Assembly: GCA_038249155.1 (NCBI GenBank)
Contig: JBBRWN010000003.1
Span: forward strand, 43,724-107,723
DNA length: 64,000 nucleotides
Reading direction: 5' to 3'
Source: Burkholderiales bacterium
GTDB lineage: Bacteria > Pseudomonadota > Gammaproteobacteria > Burkholderiales > Burkholderiaceae_C
The notes beneath the pieces were generated by a model. It saw only the letters and a list, made by a program, of their open reading frames with translations, ran no database searches and was not told the origin of the DNA. The translations under genes were made by a program, and so were the position numbers. Below are positions 9,493 to 20,367 of the stretch, one piece after another; within the stretch, counting starts at the first letter, position 1, and each line of letters starts with the position of its first letter.

Positions 9493-10455
9493 TTGCAAGC
9501 TTTCTATGCTGACAATTTTGTGCTGCCGCTGCCTGCCGGGCACCGCTTTCCGATGGGCAAATACAAGCTGCTGCGCGACCGCTTGGTCGATGAGTGTCCG
9601 CAGGTGTACATGGCGCAGGCGCGCGCCGCCAGCGATGGCGAACTGGCGCTGGTGCATACCCCGGCTTATATAGCGGCCATCACGCAGGGCACGCTGGCGC
9701 CAGCGGCGCAGCGCGAAATCGGCTTTCCGTGGAGCCCTGGCATGTCCGAGCGCGCCCGGCGCTCGGCGGGCGCGACGGTGGCTGCCGCGCGCGCGGCGCT
9801 GGGGCTGGCGCCGAGCGCGCGGCCCGAGGGCATTGCGGCCAATCTGGCGGGCGGCACCCATCATTCCTATGCCGACAAGGGCGGCGGATTTTGCGTCTTC
9901 AACGATTCAGCCGTCGCCGCCCGGCTGATGCAGGCCGAATGGGCGCGCCAGCATGGCCCGGCGCGTGCGCCGCTGCAGGTGGCGGTGATAGACCTCGATG
10001 TGCATCAGGGCAACGGCACAGCCCACATTTTTTCCGGCGACACCAGCGTATTCACGCTGTCGCTGCACGGCGAAAAGAATTTTCCGTTCCGCAAGGAAGC
10101 CAGCGACCTGGATGTGGCGCTGCCCGATGGCTGCCAGGATGCGGCTTATCTGCAGGCGCTGGAGCAGGCGCTTGACGAGCTGGCGCGGCGCTTTGAACCG
10201 GGGCTGGTGCTGTATCTGGCCGGTGCCGACCCGTTCGAGGGCGACCGGCTCGGGCGCCTGTCCTTGACGTTTGACGGGCTCGAAGCGCGTGACCGCCGCG
10301 TCTTTGACTGGGCCTGGCAGCGGCGCATTCCGCTGGCGTTTTCGATGGCGGGCGGCTATGGCGTCAACATCGACGACACGGTTCAGGTGCAGATGAACAC
10401 CTGGCGCGTGGCGCTGGAGTACTGGCGGCGCTGGCAAAATAGTTATTCTTCTTAA
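9493..10455 (+). CDS. histone deacetylase-family (acetoin utilisation/AcuC-like) deacetylase
   Basis: Motifs HHSYADKGGGFCVFND and DLDVHQGNGTAHIF. Start taken at in-frame TTG 9493 (MQAFYADNFVLPLPAGHRFP). The track ORF starts at GTG 9451, so the start is uncertain. Confidence 0.8.
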   Translation: MQAFYADNFVLPLPAGHRFPMGKYKLLRDRLVDECPQVYMAQARAASDGELALVHTPAYIAAITQGTLAPAAQREIGFPWSPGMSERARRSAGATVAAARAALGLAPSARPEGIAANLAGGTHHSYADKGGGFCVFNDSAVAARLMQAEWARQHGPARAPLQVAVIDLDVHQGNGTAHIFSGDTSVFTLSLHGEKNFPFRKEASDLDVALPDGCQDAAYLQALEQALDELARRFEPGLVLYLAGADPFEGDRLGRLSLTFDGLEARDRRVFDWAWQRRIPLAFSMAGGYGVNIDDTVQVQMNTWRVALEYWRRWQNSYSS

Positions 10456-10481
10456 CTTAAATACTTGGAGACTCATCAACG

Positions 10482-11249
10482 ATGAATTCACCTGCCTCGT
10501 CTTCCCACCCGGTGATTGCCGGCGATTTTGCGCCGGACGATGCGCCCGGCAGCGCCTGCACCAACCCGGTGGACCGCGCCATTGAAAGCCGCCAGTCGAT
10601 GCGCGAATTCCTGCCGACGCCGGTGCCCCGCGCCACGATTGAGCACCTGCTCGAACTGGCCAGCCGTGCCCCGTCCGGCACCAACACCCAGCCGTGGAAA
10701 GCCTATGTGCTGCAGGGCGCCAGCCGCGACACGCTGGTCGATAAGGTCTGCCTGGCCCACGACGCGCTGCGCGCCGACCCGGCGCTGGCCGCCCAGTACC
10801 CCGAGCCCTATGACTACTACCCGGAAAAATGGGTTTCGCCCTACATCGACCGGCGCCGCGAAAACGGCTGGGGCCTGTACGGCCTGCTCGGCATCACCAA
10901 GGGCGACAAAGACAAAATGCACCTGCAGCACCAGCGTAACTACCGCTTTTTCGACGCGCCGGTCGGGCTGATGTTCACGATTGACAAGGTGATGGGGCGC
11001 GGCTCGCTGCTGGACTACGGCATGTTCATGGAAAACCTGATGATTGCTGCGCGCGGCCACGGCCTGCACAGCTGCCCGCAGGCGGCGTGGAACGGCTTTT
11101 CGAGCATCGTGCTGCCGCACATCGGCGCGGGCGAGAACGAAATGCTGGTCTGCGGCATCGCGTTGGGTTATGCCGACGAGACGGCGCGGGTCAACACCTT
11201 TCGCACGCCGCGTGTGAGCGCGGCCGAGTTCACGACCTGGCTGGATTGA
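10482..11249 (+). CDS. nitroreductase family protein
   Basis: 255 aa. RQSMREFLPTPVP and SGTNTQPWK motifs typical of NAD(P)H-flavin nitroreductases. Confidence 0.8.
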   Translation: MNSPASSSHPVIAGDFAPDDAPGSACTNPVDRAIESRQSMREFLPTPVPRATIEHLLELASRAPSGTNTQPWKAYVLQGASRDTLVDKVCLAHDALRADPALAAQYPEPYDYYPEKWVSPYIDRRRENGWGLYGLLGITKGDKDKMHLQHQRNYRFFDAPVGLMFTIDKVMGRGSLLDYGMFMENLMIAARGHGLHSCPQAAWNGFSSIVLPHIGAGENEMLVCGIALGYADETARVNTFRTPRVSAAEFTTWLD

Positions 11250-11318
11250 AAAAAGCGTGCTGCTTGCGGGTAAAGTCGGGGGCGTTTGATTTTCCATTCA
11301 TTTTTAAAGGACATTGCC

Positions 11319-11672
11319 ATGAGCACCACCACCACTCCTTCGGGCCTGCAATACGAAGACACCGTGCTGGGCACCGGCGCCATCGCCAAGGCGGGCCAAT
11401 ACGTCAAGGTTCACTACACCGGCTGGCTGTTCAATGATGGCGTGCAGGGCGCCAAGTTTGACTCCAGCAAGGACCGGGGCCAGCCGTTCCAGTTTTCGCT
11501 GGGCGCGGGCGAAGTCATCAAGGGCTGGGACGAAGGCGTGCAGGGCATGTCGGTGGGCGGCACGCGCCGCCTGGTCATTCCGGCCGCGCTGGGCTACGGC
11601 GCACGCGGCGCGGGCGGCGTGATTCCGCCCAACGCCACGCTGCTGTTTGAAGTGGACTTTCTGGGCACATAA
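11319..11672 (+). CDS. FKBP-type peptidyl-prolyl cis-trans isomerase
   Basis: MSTTTTPSGLQYEDT...VHYTGWL..G.KFDSS.DRG.PF.F.LG.G.VI.GWDEG..GM.VGG.R.L.IP. ATG 11319 is preceded by an AAAGGA Shine-Dalgarno sequence. Confidence 0.9.
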   Translation: MSTTTTPSGLQYEDTVLGTGAIAKAGQYVKVHYTGWLFNDGVQGAKFDSSKDRGQPFQFSLGAGEVIKGWDEGVQGMSVGGTRRLVIPAALGYGARGAGGVIPPNATLLFEVDFLGT

Positions 11673-11749
11673 GCCTCGGGCCGAATTGGTCTGATTTTTT
11701 AACGCAGGCCCGCATTCCGGGCCTGCGCCGCTTCAACACAGAGCTGCTC

Positions 11750-12736
11750 ATGACCAAACCCAAAATTCTGATTGCCCGCGCTATTTTCCCCGAGGTGATG
11801 GCACGCCTTGAACAGCATTTTGATGTCGAATCCAACCAGGCTGACGAAACCTGGCCCCAGGCCGAGCTGATCGCACGCCTGCAGGGCAAGGCGGGCGTGT
11901 TCACCACCACCGGCGACCGCATTGATGCGCAGGTGCTAGCGGCTTGCCCGCAGCTGAAAATCTGCGCCAACATGGCCGTGGGCTACAACAATTTTGATCT
12001 TCCCGCGATGACGGCGGCAGGCGTTCTGGCCACCAACGCGCCCGACGTGCTGACCGAAACCACCGCCGACTTCGGCTTTGCGCTGTTGATGGCCACGGCC
12101 CGGCGCATCACCGAAAGCGAGCATTTTCTGCGCGCCGGGCAGTGGACGAAATGGCGCTTTGACATGTTCGCAGGCGCTGACATCCACGGCGCCACGCTGG
12201 GCATTTTGGGCATGGGCCGCATCGGCCAAGGCATTGCCAAGCGCGGTGCCCACGGCTTTGGCATGCAGGTGATTTACCACAACCGCTCCCGGCTTGATGC
12301 CGCGCTGGAGGCCGACTGCCAGGCCGCTTATGTCAGCAAGGACGAGCTGCTGGCCCGCGCCGACCACCTGGTGCTGGTGCTGCCGTATTCGCCCGCCGCG
12401 CACCACACGATTGGCGCCGCCGAGCTGGCGCAGATGAAGCCGACGGCGACGCTGATCAACATTGCGCGCGGCGGCATTGTCGATGACGCGGCGCTGGCCG
12501 CCGCGCTGCGCAACAAGACGATTGCCGCAGCGGGGCTGGACGTGTTCGAGGGCGAACCGAGCGTCCACCCGGATCTGCTGAGCGTGCCGAACGTGGTGCT
12601 GACGCCGCACATTGCCAGCGCCAGCTTGCCGACGCGGCTGGCAATGGCCAATCTGGCCGCCGACAACCTGATTGCCTTTTTGACCGGAAAAGCGCCGCTG
12701 ACGCCGCTCAACCCCGCCGTGCTGGCCGCCGCCTGA
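11750..12736 (+). CDS. D-2-hydroxyacid dehydrogenase (glyoxylate/hydroxypyruvate reductase B-like)
   Basis: 328 aa. GILGMGRIGQGIAKR NAD-binding motif and the catalytic NIARGGIVD...TPHIASAS context. Confidence 0.85.
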   Translation: MTKPKILIARAIFPEVMARLEQHFDVESNQADETWPQAELIARLQGKAGVFTTTGDRIDAQVLAACPQLKICANMAVGYNNFDLPAMTAAGVLATNAPDVLTETTADFGFALLMATARRITESEHFLRAGQWTKWRFDMFAGADIHGATLGILGMGRIGQGIAKRGAHGFGMQVIYHNRSRLDAALEADCQAAYVSKDELLARADHLVLVLPYSPAAHHTIGAAELAQMKPTATLINIARGGIVDDAALAAALRNKTIAAAGLDVFEGEPSVHPDLLSVPNVVLTPHIASASLPTRLAMANLAADNLIAFLTGKAPLTPLNPAVLAAA

Positions 12737-12754
12737 ACCGGACGCAAGCCGACT

Positions 12755-14053
12755 ATGCTTGAATGGCTGATCGTCGTGCTGCTGCTGGCCAACCTGGGCT
12801 TGCTGGTCTGGTCGCTGGCGGGTATGGCGGCAGGTCATGACAAGGTCGAGCGCGAATTGCGCCGTGAAATCAGCGACAGCGCCCGCAGCAGCCGCCAGGA
12901 GCTGGCCGCCACGCTGGCCACCTTCCAGCAGGCGCTGGCGCAGCAAAGCGCTCACGCCGTTCACACGCAGAACGCGCAGTTCGAGGGCTTTTCGCGCCAG
13001 CTTGCGCTGCTGCAACACAGCCTGTCTGACACGCTGGCCACGCAGCTTCAAGCCGTCAGCGAGGCCAACGCCCGGCGCATGGGGGAAGTGCGCGACACGC
13101 TGGAAAAGCAGCTCGCGCAGCTGCAGCACAGCAACGCCGCCAAGCTCGACGAGATGCGCCACACCGTCGATGAAAAGCTGCAGACCACGCTGGAAACCCG
13201 GCTCGGCCAGAGTTTTCAGCAAGTCGCCGACCGGCTGGAGCAGGTTCACAAGGGGCTGGGCGAAATGCAGACGCTGGCGCAGGGCGTCGGCGATTTAAAA
13301 CACCTGCTGACGAATGTCAAAGCGCGCGGCATTTTTGGCGAAGCCCAGCTGGCGGCGCTGCTGGAGCAGGTGTTCACGGTGGACCAGTACGCCGCCCAGG
13401 TGGTGACGCGGCGCGGCGGCAAGAGCCCGGTCGATTTCGCCATCCGGCTGCCGGGCCGCAGCGAGTCGGGCGAACCGCTGTGGCTGCCGATTGACGCGAA
13501 GTTTCCGAATGAAGATTACGAGCGCCTGCTCGACGCGCAGCAGCGCGCCGACGGGCCGGGCGCCGCAGTCGCAGGCAAGGCGCTGGAGCAGCGCATCCGG
13601 CTCGAAGCCAAGTCGATTGGCGAAAAATACATCGAGCCGCCGTACACCACCGATTTCGCCATTCTGTTTTTGCCCACCGAGGGGCTGTATGCGGAAGTGC
13701 TGCGCCGCCCCGGCCTGATGGAAAGCTTGCAGCGCGAGCACCGCATCACGCTGGCCGGGCCGACCACGCTGCTGGCCATGCTGAGTTCGCTGCAGATGGG
13801 TTTTCGGACGCTGGCGCTGGAAAAGCGCTCCAGCGAAGTCTGGCAGGTGCTGGGCGCGGTCAAGACGGAGTTTGGCAAGTTCGGCGACGTGCTGGCCAAG
13901 GTCAAGTCGCAGACCGAAACCGTGCTCAACACCCTGAGCAGCGCCGAGCAGCGCAGCCGGGTGATGGGCAAGGCGCTGCGCAATGTCGAAGCCTTGAGCG
14001 AGGCCGATGCGGCGCGCCTGATGCCGCTGGAGCGAGAGCGCGAGCGCGATTAG
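12755..14053 (+). CDS. rmuC: DNA recombination protein RmuC
   Basis: 432 aa. N-terminal TM, long coiled coil, then the RmuC nuclease-like C-terminal domain (VDFAIRLPG...LPIDAKFP...FAILFLPTEGLYAE). Confidence 0.9.
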   Translation: MLEWLIVVLLLANLGLLVWSLAGMAAGHDKVERELRREISDSARSSRQELAATLATFQQALAQQSAHAVHTQNAQFEGFSRQLALLQHSLSDTLATQLQAVSEANARRMGEVRDTLEKQLAQLQHSNAAKLDEMRHTVDEKLQTTLETRLGQSFQQVADRLEQVHKGLGEMQTLAQGVGDLKHLLTNVKARGIFGEAQLAALLEQVFTVDQYAAQVVTRRGGKSPVDFAIRLPGRSESGEPLWLPIDAKFPNEDYERLLDAQQRADGPGAAVAGKALEQRIRLEAKSIGEKYIEPPYTTDFAILFLPTEGLYAEVLRRPGLMESLQREHRITLAGPTTLLAMLSSLQMGFRTLALEKRSSEVWQVLGAVKTEFGKFGDVLAKVKSQTETVLNTLSSAEQRSRVMGKALRNVEALSEADAARLMPLERERERD

Positions 14054-14913
14054 AGCTTGTAGAAAGCCTTGATGGCGTTCCAGGCATCCTGCGGCTCATC
14101 GACATACTGGAACAGCTTTAAGTCGTCGGGCGAGATCGCACCTTCCTCGATCATCACGTCCAGGTTCAGCAGCCGCTTCCAGTAGTCGGAGCCGAAAAGA
14201 ATGATCGGCACCGGCTTGGCTTTTTTAGTTTGCACCAGCGTGATGACCTCGAACAGCTCGTCAAGCGTGCCAAATCCGCCGGGAAAAGCCACCAGCGCTT
14301 TGGCGCGCATCATGAAATGCATCTTGCGCAGCGCGAAATAGTGGAATTTGAAATTCAGCGACGGCGAGATGTAGGGGTTGGAGGTTTGCTCGTGCGGCAG
14401 CACGATGTTCAGCCCTATGGTCGGGGCGTTCATTTCGTGGGCGCCCCGGTTCGCCGCTTCCATGATGCCGGGGCCGCCGCCGGTGCAGATGAAAAGTTTT
14501 TCTGATGCAGGGAGCTGCTCGCTGTGCTCTGCCACCAAGCGCGCAAACAGCCGAGCCTGATCGTAGTAATGGGCGTTGTGCATGTGGCGCCGGGCCAGCG
14601 CCAGCGCGGCTGCATCGCCGCTTTCCTCGGCCAGTTGCAGCGCCGCACTGGCCTGCTCGGGCGCCGGAAAACGGGCGCTGCCAAAAACCACTACTGTGTG
14701 CTCAACGCCTTGCTCCTGCTGGTCGAGTTCGGGCTTGAGCATTTCCAGCTGGATGCGCACCGCGCGGGTTTCGCGTCGCAGCAGGAACTCGGGGTCCGCA
14801 AACGCCAGCCGGTTCGAGTCGGGCCGCAGCGGCGCCGTGGTGTTGGCGTGGGCCTGCAGCTCAGCCCAGGCATGGGCCAGGCGGTCTTGCTTGATGTCTT
14901 GTGTGTGTTCCAT
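14050..14913 (-). CDS. LOG family (TIGR00730) Rossmann-fold nucleotide phosphoribohydrolase-like protein
   Basis: 287 aa. Motifs GGGPGIMEAANRGA and PGGFGTLDELFE. Confidence 0.85.
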   Translation of the reverse strand: MEHTQDIKQDRLAHAWAELQAHANTTAPLRPDSNRLAFADPEFLLRRETRAVRIQLEMLKPELDQQEQGVEHTVVVFGSARFPAPEQASAALQLAEESGDAAALALARRHMHNAHYYDQARLFARLVAEHSEQLPASEKLFICTGGGPGIMEAANRGAHEMNAPTIGLNIVLPHEQTSNPYISPSLNFKFHYFALRKMHFMMRAKALVAFPGGFGTLDELFEVITLVQTKKAKPVPIILFGSDYWKRLLNLDVMIEEGAISPDDLKLFQYVDEPQDAWNAIKAFYKL

Positions 14914-14983
14914 AAGCCCTTAACGCAGTTGCTAACAGGAACATCATAAAGACGCCTGACTTCGCCTTGATGGCAGCGCCCAT

Positions 14984-15011
14984 AAAAAAAGGCCCCGGAG
15001 GGGCCTTTTTT
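14984..15011 (-). terminator. bidirectional rho-independent terminator downstream of efp
   Basis: AAAAAAA-GGCCCC-gga-GGGGCC-TTTTTT. Confidence 0.7.
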
Positions 15012-15035
15012 GTGCGGGCTGAAGAAATCCGATGC

Positions 15036-15590
15036 TTAGACGCGCTTGCGGTATTCGCCGGTGCGGGTGTCGATTTCAACGACATCGCCTTGCGCGACAA
15101 AAATCGGCACGCCGATTTCAAAGCCGGTGGCCAGCTTGGCGGGCTTTAAAACCTTGCCGGACGTGTCGCCCTTGACGGCGGGCTCGGTCCAGGTGATTTC
15201 GCGCTGCACGCTGGTGGGCACTTCGACGGAAATGGCCTTGCCGTCATAGAACACGACTTCGAGTTCCATGCCGTCTTGCAGGTAGTTCAGCGAGTCGCCC
15301 ATGTTTTCGGCCTCGACTTCGTACTGGTTGTACTCGGAGTCCATGCAGATGTACATCGGGTCGGCAAAGTAGGAATAGGTGCAGTCCTTCTTGTCCAGGA
15401 TGACCTGGTCGATCTTGTCGTCGGCCTTGAACACCTGCTCGGTGTTGAAGTTGGCGATCAGGCTTTTGAGCTTCATGCGCACGGTGGCGGAGTTGCGACC
15501 GCCCCGGCTGTATTCGGTCTTGAGCACAACCATAGGGTCTTTGCCGTGCATGATGACGTTGCCGGCGCGGATTTCTTGAGCGATTTTCAT
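15036..15590 (-). CDS. efp: elongation factor P (Arg32 type)
   Basis: 184 aa. [44 protein letters not shown], with residue 32 in the modified loop being Arg rather than Lys. Confidence 0.95.
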   Translation of the reverse strand: MKIAQEIRAGNVIMHGKDPMVVLKTEYSRGGRNSATVRMKLKSLIANFNTEQVFKADDKIDQVILDKKDCTYSYFADPMYICMDSEYNQYEVEAENMGDSLNYLQDGMELEVVFYDGKAISVEVPTSVQREITWTEPAVKGDTSGKVLKPAKLATGFEIGVPIFVAQGDVVEIDTRTGEYRKRV

Positions 15591-15705
15591 AGCAGTTTTA
15601 ACGAGGGTGGACCGCTAAACGCTTGCAGGGAGGTGCAGGTTCTGCGGCGGGTTGGGTAAGAAGTGAGGCCTTGGCCCGTTGGGCTAATCCGCAAAACCGG
15701 TGATT

Positions 15706-16896
15706 TTAGCGGTTTTTTGCCACAAATCCAAGCAAGCGGGTTGCCAGCTCGTCCGGGGCCATCAGGCGGGCGCGGCAGGACTCGGCCCAGTCGCGCCAGG
15801 CGGGTAGGTCTGGCGGCGCGATGGCGATGCGCTCCAGCCCGGCGCTGCCTTGATTCCAGGCGGCATGAAAGGCCCGCAGCGAGGGCGGCGCGTCCAGCAT
15901 GGTTAAGAAGGCTTGCAGCTTGGCCAGATGGGCGTCGTCGTCCTGCGGGTAAATGTGCCAAATGAAGGGTTTTCCGGCCCACAGCGCGCGCACCAGCGAG
16001 TCTTCGCCGCGCACAAAATTCAGGTCGCAGGCCCAGAGCAGGTGGTCAAATTCGGTTTGGCTGAAGAGGGGCAGATAAGTGACGCGCAGGCGTGTCGATG
16101 CGTCAGGTTTGCCAGGCTCGCCAAGCGTTTCAAGCGCTGCAAGCCGGGGTTTAAAACTGTCTTTGCCCGCCAAAATGGCTTGAACCGCCTGCGTGGCCCG
16201 CCCGGCCGCCACTAGCAGGTGTACCGGCGCGCCGTCCAGCCCTTGCGCGGCCAGCTGTGCCAGAAAAGCGCCCAGCGCGGGCGGCTCGTAGCAAAACAAG
16301 GAGACGATTTTTTCGCCGCTGCTTGGCTCGCGACTGTTGCCGCGCCAATTAATGCCTTGCGCGGCCAGCCAGGCGCTGCGCTCAAAGCGCGCCTGCCGCT
16401 GGGCTAAATCCGGCTCGCGCAGCAGGCCGCCGGTGGCGTCGCTAAAGCCGGGGTAAAAAAACCATTTGGTCCAGCCCGCCGCTGGGCCGCGCTGGACCAA
16501 TGAGGGCAGGGCGTGGCAGCGCTCGACGTAGCTTTCAGCCGACAGGTATTCGAGGTTGATCCAGACGGGCGGCTGACGGCTCGCCGTGCTAGCGTGATAG
16601 GCACAGGCGGCGATAAATTCCGGCGCCACCTCGCAGCCAAAGGCTTCGACCAGCACGTCGGGCGGCTGCTGGCCAAGATGGGCGGTTGACAAATCCAGCG
16701 GTGCAGCCCAGGGCAGCACGTACACGCCGTCGCAGCCGCCGGGCGCCATCCAGGTCAGGGCCGAGGCGTCATCGACCCATAGCCGCACCCGATGGCCGCG
16801 CCCGGCCAGATCGGCGGCCAGGCGCCAGCACACGCCGATGTCGCCAAAGTTGTCGATCACCTGGCAAAAAATATCCCATTGCAAACTTGGTGTCAT
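15706..16896 (-). CDS. earP: EF-P arginine-32 rhamnosyltransferase EarP
   Basis: Start moved to ATG 16896 ([35 protein letters not shown], the EarP/DUF2331 signature). The upstream part of the 649-aa track ORF is antisense to uvrC. Adjacent to an R32 efp. Confidence 0.85.
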   Translation of the reverse strand: MTPSLQWDIFCQVIDNFGDIGVCWRLAADLAGRGHRVRLWVDDASALTWMAPGGCDGVYVLPWAAPLDLSTAHLGQQPPDVLVEAFGCEVAPEFIAACAYHASTASRQPPVWINLEYLSAESYVERCHALPSLVQRGPAAGWTKWFFYPGFSDATGGLLREPDLAQRQARFERSAWLAAQGINWRGNSREPSSGEKIVSLFCYEPPALGAFLAQLAAQGLDGAPVHLLVAAGRATQAVQAILAGKDSFKPRLAALETLGEPGKPDASTRLRVTYLPLFSQTEFDHLLWACDLNFVRGEDSLVRALWAGKPFIWHIYPQDDDAHLAKLQAFLTMLDAPPSLRAFHAAWNQGSAGLERIAIAPPDLPAWRDWAESCRARLMAPDELATRLLGFVAKNR

Positions 16897-16959
16897 GGCC
16901 GAATTGTCCACAATAGCCGCTGGCCGCTCAGGCCGTGCTTTTTCCACTTGAATGACGCC

Positions 16960-18846
16960 ATGACCGCACCTCACGAATTCGATCCCCAACTGCTCCGCGA
17001 CGTGGCCGCGCTGGCGCCGCTGCCCGGCGTTTACCGCTATTTTGATGCGCAGGGCGGCGTGCTCTACGTCGGCAAGGCGGGCAACCTGAAAAAGCGTGTC
17101 GCCAGCTATTTCCAGAAAAACCACGGCGGCACCCGCATCGGCCACATGGTGACGAAAATCGCCCGCATGGAAACCACGGTGGTGCGCTCCGAGGCCGAGG
17201 CGCTGCTGCTGGAAAACAACCTGATCAAAACGCTGAACCCGAAGTACAACATCTTGTTCCGGGACGACAAGAGCTATCCGTACCTGAAACTGACCGGCGC
17301 ATCGGCCCAGCCGCCGGGCGCAGCGCCCGCTGCGGCGGCGTTCCCGCGCATCGCTTACTACCGGGGCGCGGTGGAGAAAAAGCACCGTTATTTCGGGCCG
17401 TACCCGAGTTCCTGGGCGGTGAAAGACACGATTTTGCTGCTGCAAAAGGTCTTCAAGCTGCGCACCTGCGAGGACACGGTGTTTGCCAACCGAACCCGAC
17501 CGTGCCTGCTCTACCAGATTAAGCGCTGCTCCGCGCCCTGCGTCGGCCATGTCTCGCCTGAACAGTACGCGCTGGACACGGCCAACGCCGAGCGCTTTTT
17601 GCAAGGCCAGACGCAGGACATCCTGAACGAGCTGGAAAAGAAAATGCTCGTCCACGCCGAAAAACTGGAGTTCGAGAAGGCCGCCGAGCTGCGCAACCAG
17701 ATCGCGGCGCTGTCAAAAATCATGCACCAGCAGTCGATGGAAACCGGTGCCAAGCACGCCGATGTGGACGTGGACATTCTGGCCGTCAAGGTGCAGGGCG
17801 GCAAAGCCTGCGTGAATCTGGCGATGGTGCGCGGCGGACGCCATCTGGGCGACCGGCCGTATTTCCCGGTACATGTTGAAAATGCCACCGACGCAGAGGT
17901 GCTTGAAGCCTTTATTGCCCAGCATTACATAGCCATGCCGGTGCCGCCGACGCTGGTCTGCAGCGCGCCGGTGGACAAAACGCTCATGGCCGCTTTGAGC
18001 GAGCAGGCGGGCGCAAAAATCAGCGCGATTCACCAGCCGCAGGGCCAGCGCCGCAGTTGGCTGGACATGGCGCAGACCAACGCGGCGCTGCAACTGGCCC
18101 GCCTGCTGGCCGAAGAAGGCTCGCAGCAGGCCAGAACCCGCGCGCTGGCCGAGGCGCTGGGGCTGGCGCAGGACTGTCTGGAGGCGCTGCGCATCGAGTG
18201 CTTCGACATCTCGCACACGGCGGGCGAGGCGACGCAGGCGTCCTGCGTGGTGTTTCGCGAGCACAAGATGCAAAACAGCGAGTACCGGCGCTACAACATC
18301 GACGGCATCACACCGGGCGACGATTACGCCGCGATGCGCCAGGTCTTGACCCGCCGCTACACCCCGCTGGCCGAGGCAGCGCGCAATGGCGAAGCGACCT
18401 TGCCCGATCTGGTGCTGGTCGATGGCGGCAAAGGCCAGGTGGCGATGGCGCGCGAGGTGTTTGCCGAACTGGGGCTGGACTTGGGGCTGATCGCCGGGGT
18501 CGAAAAAGGCGAGGGCCGCAAAGTCGGGCTGGAAGAGCTGGTGTTTGCCGATGGCCGCGAGAAAGTCTATTTAGGCCGCGACTCGGCGGCGCTGATGCTG
18601 ATTGCACAAATCCGCGACGAGGCGCACCGCTTTGCCATCACCGGCATGCGCGCCCAGCGCGCAAAAGTGCGCGTCGGCGGCAGTCGGCTCGAAGACATTG
18701 CCGGGATTGGCCCGAAACGCCGCGCCAGCCTGCTGCAGCGCTTTGGCGGCGTGCGCGGCATTGCAGCGGCCAGCGTCGAGGACATTGCGAAGGTGGAGGG
18801 CATTTCAAAAGACCTGGCCGAGACGATTTACCGGGCTCTGCATTGA
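16960..18846 (+). CDS. uvrC: excinuclease ABC subunit C
   Basis: Start at ATG 16960 ([12 protein letters not shown]...[31 protein letters not shown] domain). UvrBC-interaction region and C-terminal HhH ([18 protein letters not shown]). Confidence 0.93.
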   Translation: MTAPHEFDPQLLRDVAALAPLPGVYRYFDAQGGVLYVGKAGNLKKRVASYFQKNHGGTRIGHMVTKIARMETTVVRSEAEALLLENNLIKTLNPKYNILFRDDKSYPYLKLTGASAQPPGAAPAAAAFPRIAYYRGAVEKKHRYFGPYPSSWAVKDTILLLQKVFKLRTCEDTVFANRTRPCLLYQIKRCSAPCVGHVSPEQYALDTANAERFLQGQTQDILNELEKKMLVHAEKLEFEKAAELRNQIAALSKIMHQQSMETGAKHADVDVDILAVKVQGGKACVNLAMVRGGRHLGDRPYFPVHVENATDAEVLEAFIAQHYIAMPVPPTLVCSAPVDKTLMAALSEQAGAKISAIHQPQGQRRSWLDMAQTNAALQLARLLAEEGSQQARTRALAEALGLAQDCLEALRIECFDISHTAGEATQASCVVFREHKMQNSEYRRYNIDGITPGDDYAAMRQVLTRRYTPLAEAARNGEATLPDLVLVDGGKGQVAMAREVFAELGLDLGLIAGVEKGEGRKVGLEELVFADGREKVYLGRDSAALMLIAQIRDEAHRFAITGMRAQRAKVRVGGSRLEDIAGIGPKRRASLLQRFGGVRGIAAASVEDIAKVEGISKDLAETIYRALH

Positions 18847-18875
18847 GCCGGGCAGCTCATGCGAAAATCGGCCGC

Positions 18876-19442
18876 ATGTTTCTGACCATTCCCACCTTGA
18901 TGACCTGGACGCGCATCGTTGCGATTCCGCTGATTGTGGGAGTTTTCTACCTGAACATTCCCGCCGCTGAGCGCAACCTGATCGCCACCGTCATGTTTGT
19001 CGTCTTTGCTGCCACTGACTGGCTGGACGGCTATCTGGCGCGCAAGCTGAATCAAGCCTCGTCATTCGGCGCTTTCCTGGACCCGGTGGCCGACAAGTTT
19101 CTGGTCTGCGCCTGCCTGCTGGTGCTGGTGCATCTGCAGCGCGCCGATGTGTTTGTGGCGCTCATCATCATTGGCCGGGAAATCGCCATTTCGGCGCTGC
19201 GCGAGTGGATGGCGCAGATTGGCGCCTCCGGCAGCGTCGCTGTTCACATGCTGGGCAAGGTCAAGACCACGGTGCAGATGATTGCGATTCCCTTTTTGCT
19301 GTTTGACAGCATGTTGTTCGGGGTCATCGACACCCATGTCTGGGGCACCTGGCTGATCTGGATTTCGGCCGTCCTGACGGTCTGGTCTATGGTTTATTAC
19401 CTGCAAAAAGCGATTCCCGAAATCCGCGCCAAGGCCAAGTGA
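18876..19442 (+). CDS. pgsA: CDP-diacylglycerol--glycerol-3-phosphate 3-phosphatidyltransferase
   Basis: Start at ATG 18876 (MFLTIPTLMTWTRI...). CDP-alcohol phosphatidyltransferase motif DWLDGYLARKLNQASSFGAFLDPVADK. Confidence 0.92.
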   Translation: MFLTIPTLMTWTRIVAIPLIVGVFYLNIPAAERNLIATVMFVVFAATDWLDGYLARKLNQASSFGAFLDPVADKFLVCACLLVLVHLQRADVFVALIIIGREIAISALREWMAQIGASGSVAVHMLGKVKTTVQMIAIPFLLFDSMLFGVIDTHVWGTWLIWISAVLTVWSMVYYLQKAIPEIRAKAK

Positions 19443-19449
19443 GCGGCGC

Positions 19450-20367
19450 GTGAACTCGGCGCCGCCTGCCCATGTCCTGATTCGGGCCATGCCCGCCGTG
19501 TTCGTGCTGATCTGGAGCACCGGCTTCATCGTGGCCAAATTCGGCCTGCCGTATGCCCCGCCGCTGAGTTTTCTGGTGCTGCGCTACACCCTGTCCATCG
19601 TCTGCTTTCTGGTCTGGAGTCGGCTGGCGCGCGCCGCCTGGCCGCAGGGGCGCGGGCAGTGGCTGCATTTGGCCGTGACTGGCGTGCTGATGCATGCGGG
19701 TTATCTGGGCGGCGTCTGGGTGGCCGTCAAGGGCGGCATGGGCGCGGGTCTGGCGGCGCTGATCGTCGGCTTGCAGCCGGTGCTGACGGCGCTGTGGCTG
19801 TCCTGGGTCGGGGCGTCGGGCGGTGCCACCGGGCACAGCAAAGTCACGCCAAGGCAGTGGCTGGGGCTGCTGCTCGGGTTGGCGGGCTTGCTGTTGGTGG
19901 TGGCGCGAAAATTCGGCTCTGGCAGCGAAGTCACGGCGCTGACGCTGGGCTGCACGGTGTTTGCGCTGCTGAGCATCACCACCGGCACGCTGTACCAGAA
20001 ACGCTTCATGCAGCCGACCGATGTGCGCACCGCCAACACGGTCCAGCTGATGGCCGCCTTGCTGGTGACGCTGCCCTTTGCGCTGATGGAAACCGGGGCG
20101 ATTGTCTGGAATGCCTCCTTCGTCGGTGCGCTGGCCTGGGCGGCGCTGGCCCTGACGCTGGGCGGCAGTTCGCTGCTGTATTTGCTGATCCAGCGCGGCG
20201 CGGCGACTTCGGTGACCAGCTTGCTGTACCTGGTGCCGCCGACCACCGCCGTGATGGCCTGGCTGCTTTTTGGCGAAGCCATCACGGCGACGACGATTGT
20301 CGGCATGGCGCTGACCGCGTTGGGTGTAAGCCTGGTGGTGCGGGCCGCCCGCTCCAGCCCGGCCTGA
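19450..20367 (+). CDS. DMT (EamA-like) family transporter
   Basis: 305 aa, about 10 TM, two EamA-like halves. Start is ambiguous between GTG 19450 and ATG 19489. Confidence 0.75.
   Translation: MNSAPPAHVLIRAMPAVFVLIWSTGFIVAKFGLPYAPPLSFLVLRYTLSIVCFLVWSRLARAAWPQGRGQWLHLAVTGVLMHAGYLGGVWVAVKGGMGAGLAALIVGLQPVLTALWLSWVGASGGATGHSKVTPRQWLGLLLGLAGLLLVVARKFGSGSEVTALTLGCTVFALLSITTGTLYQKRFMQPTDVRTANTVQLMAALLVTLPFALMETGAIVWNASFVGALAWAALALTLGGSSLLYLLIQRGAATSVTSLLYLVPPTTAVMAWLLFGEAITATTIVGMALTALGVSLVVRAARSSPA

Noticed and set aside
10488-11297. 269-aa minus-strand ORF
   Set aside because: It is antisense to the nitroreductase gene and has no motifs.
11936-13249. 437-aa minus-strand ORF
   Set aside because: It spans the antisense of two different well-supported genes, the 2-hydroxyacid dehydrogenase and rmuC. 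The product is Arg/Gln/Gly-rich.
16897-17655. Upstream extension of the earP ORF (649-aa version)
   Set aside because: The extension is antisense to uvrC. The EarP signature begins exactly at the internal ATG 16896.
18057-18875. N-terminal extension of the pgsA ORF (461-aa version)
   Set aside because: It overlaps uvrC out of frame and is Arg/Gly-rich. The PgsA homology starts at ATG 18876.
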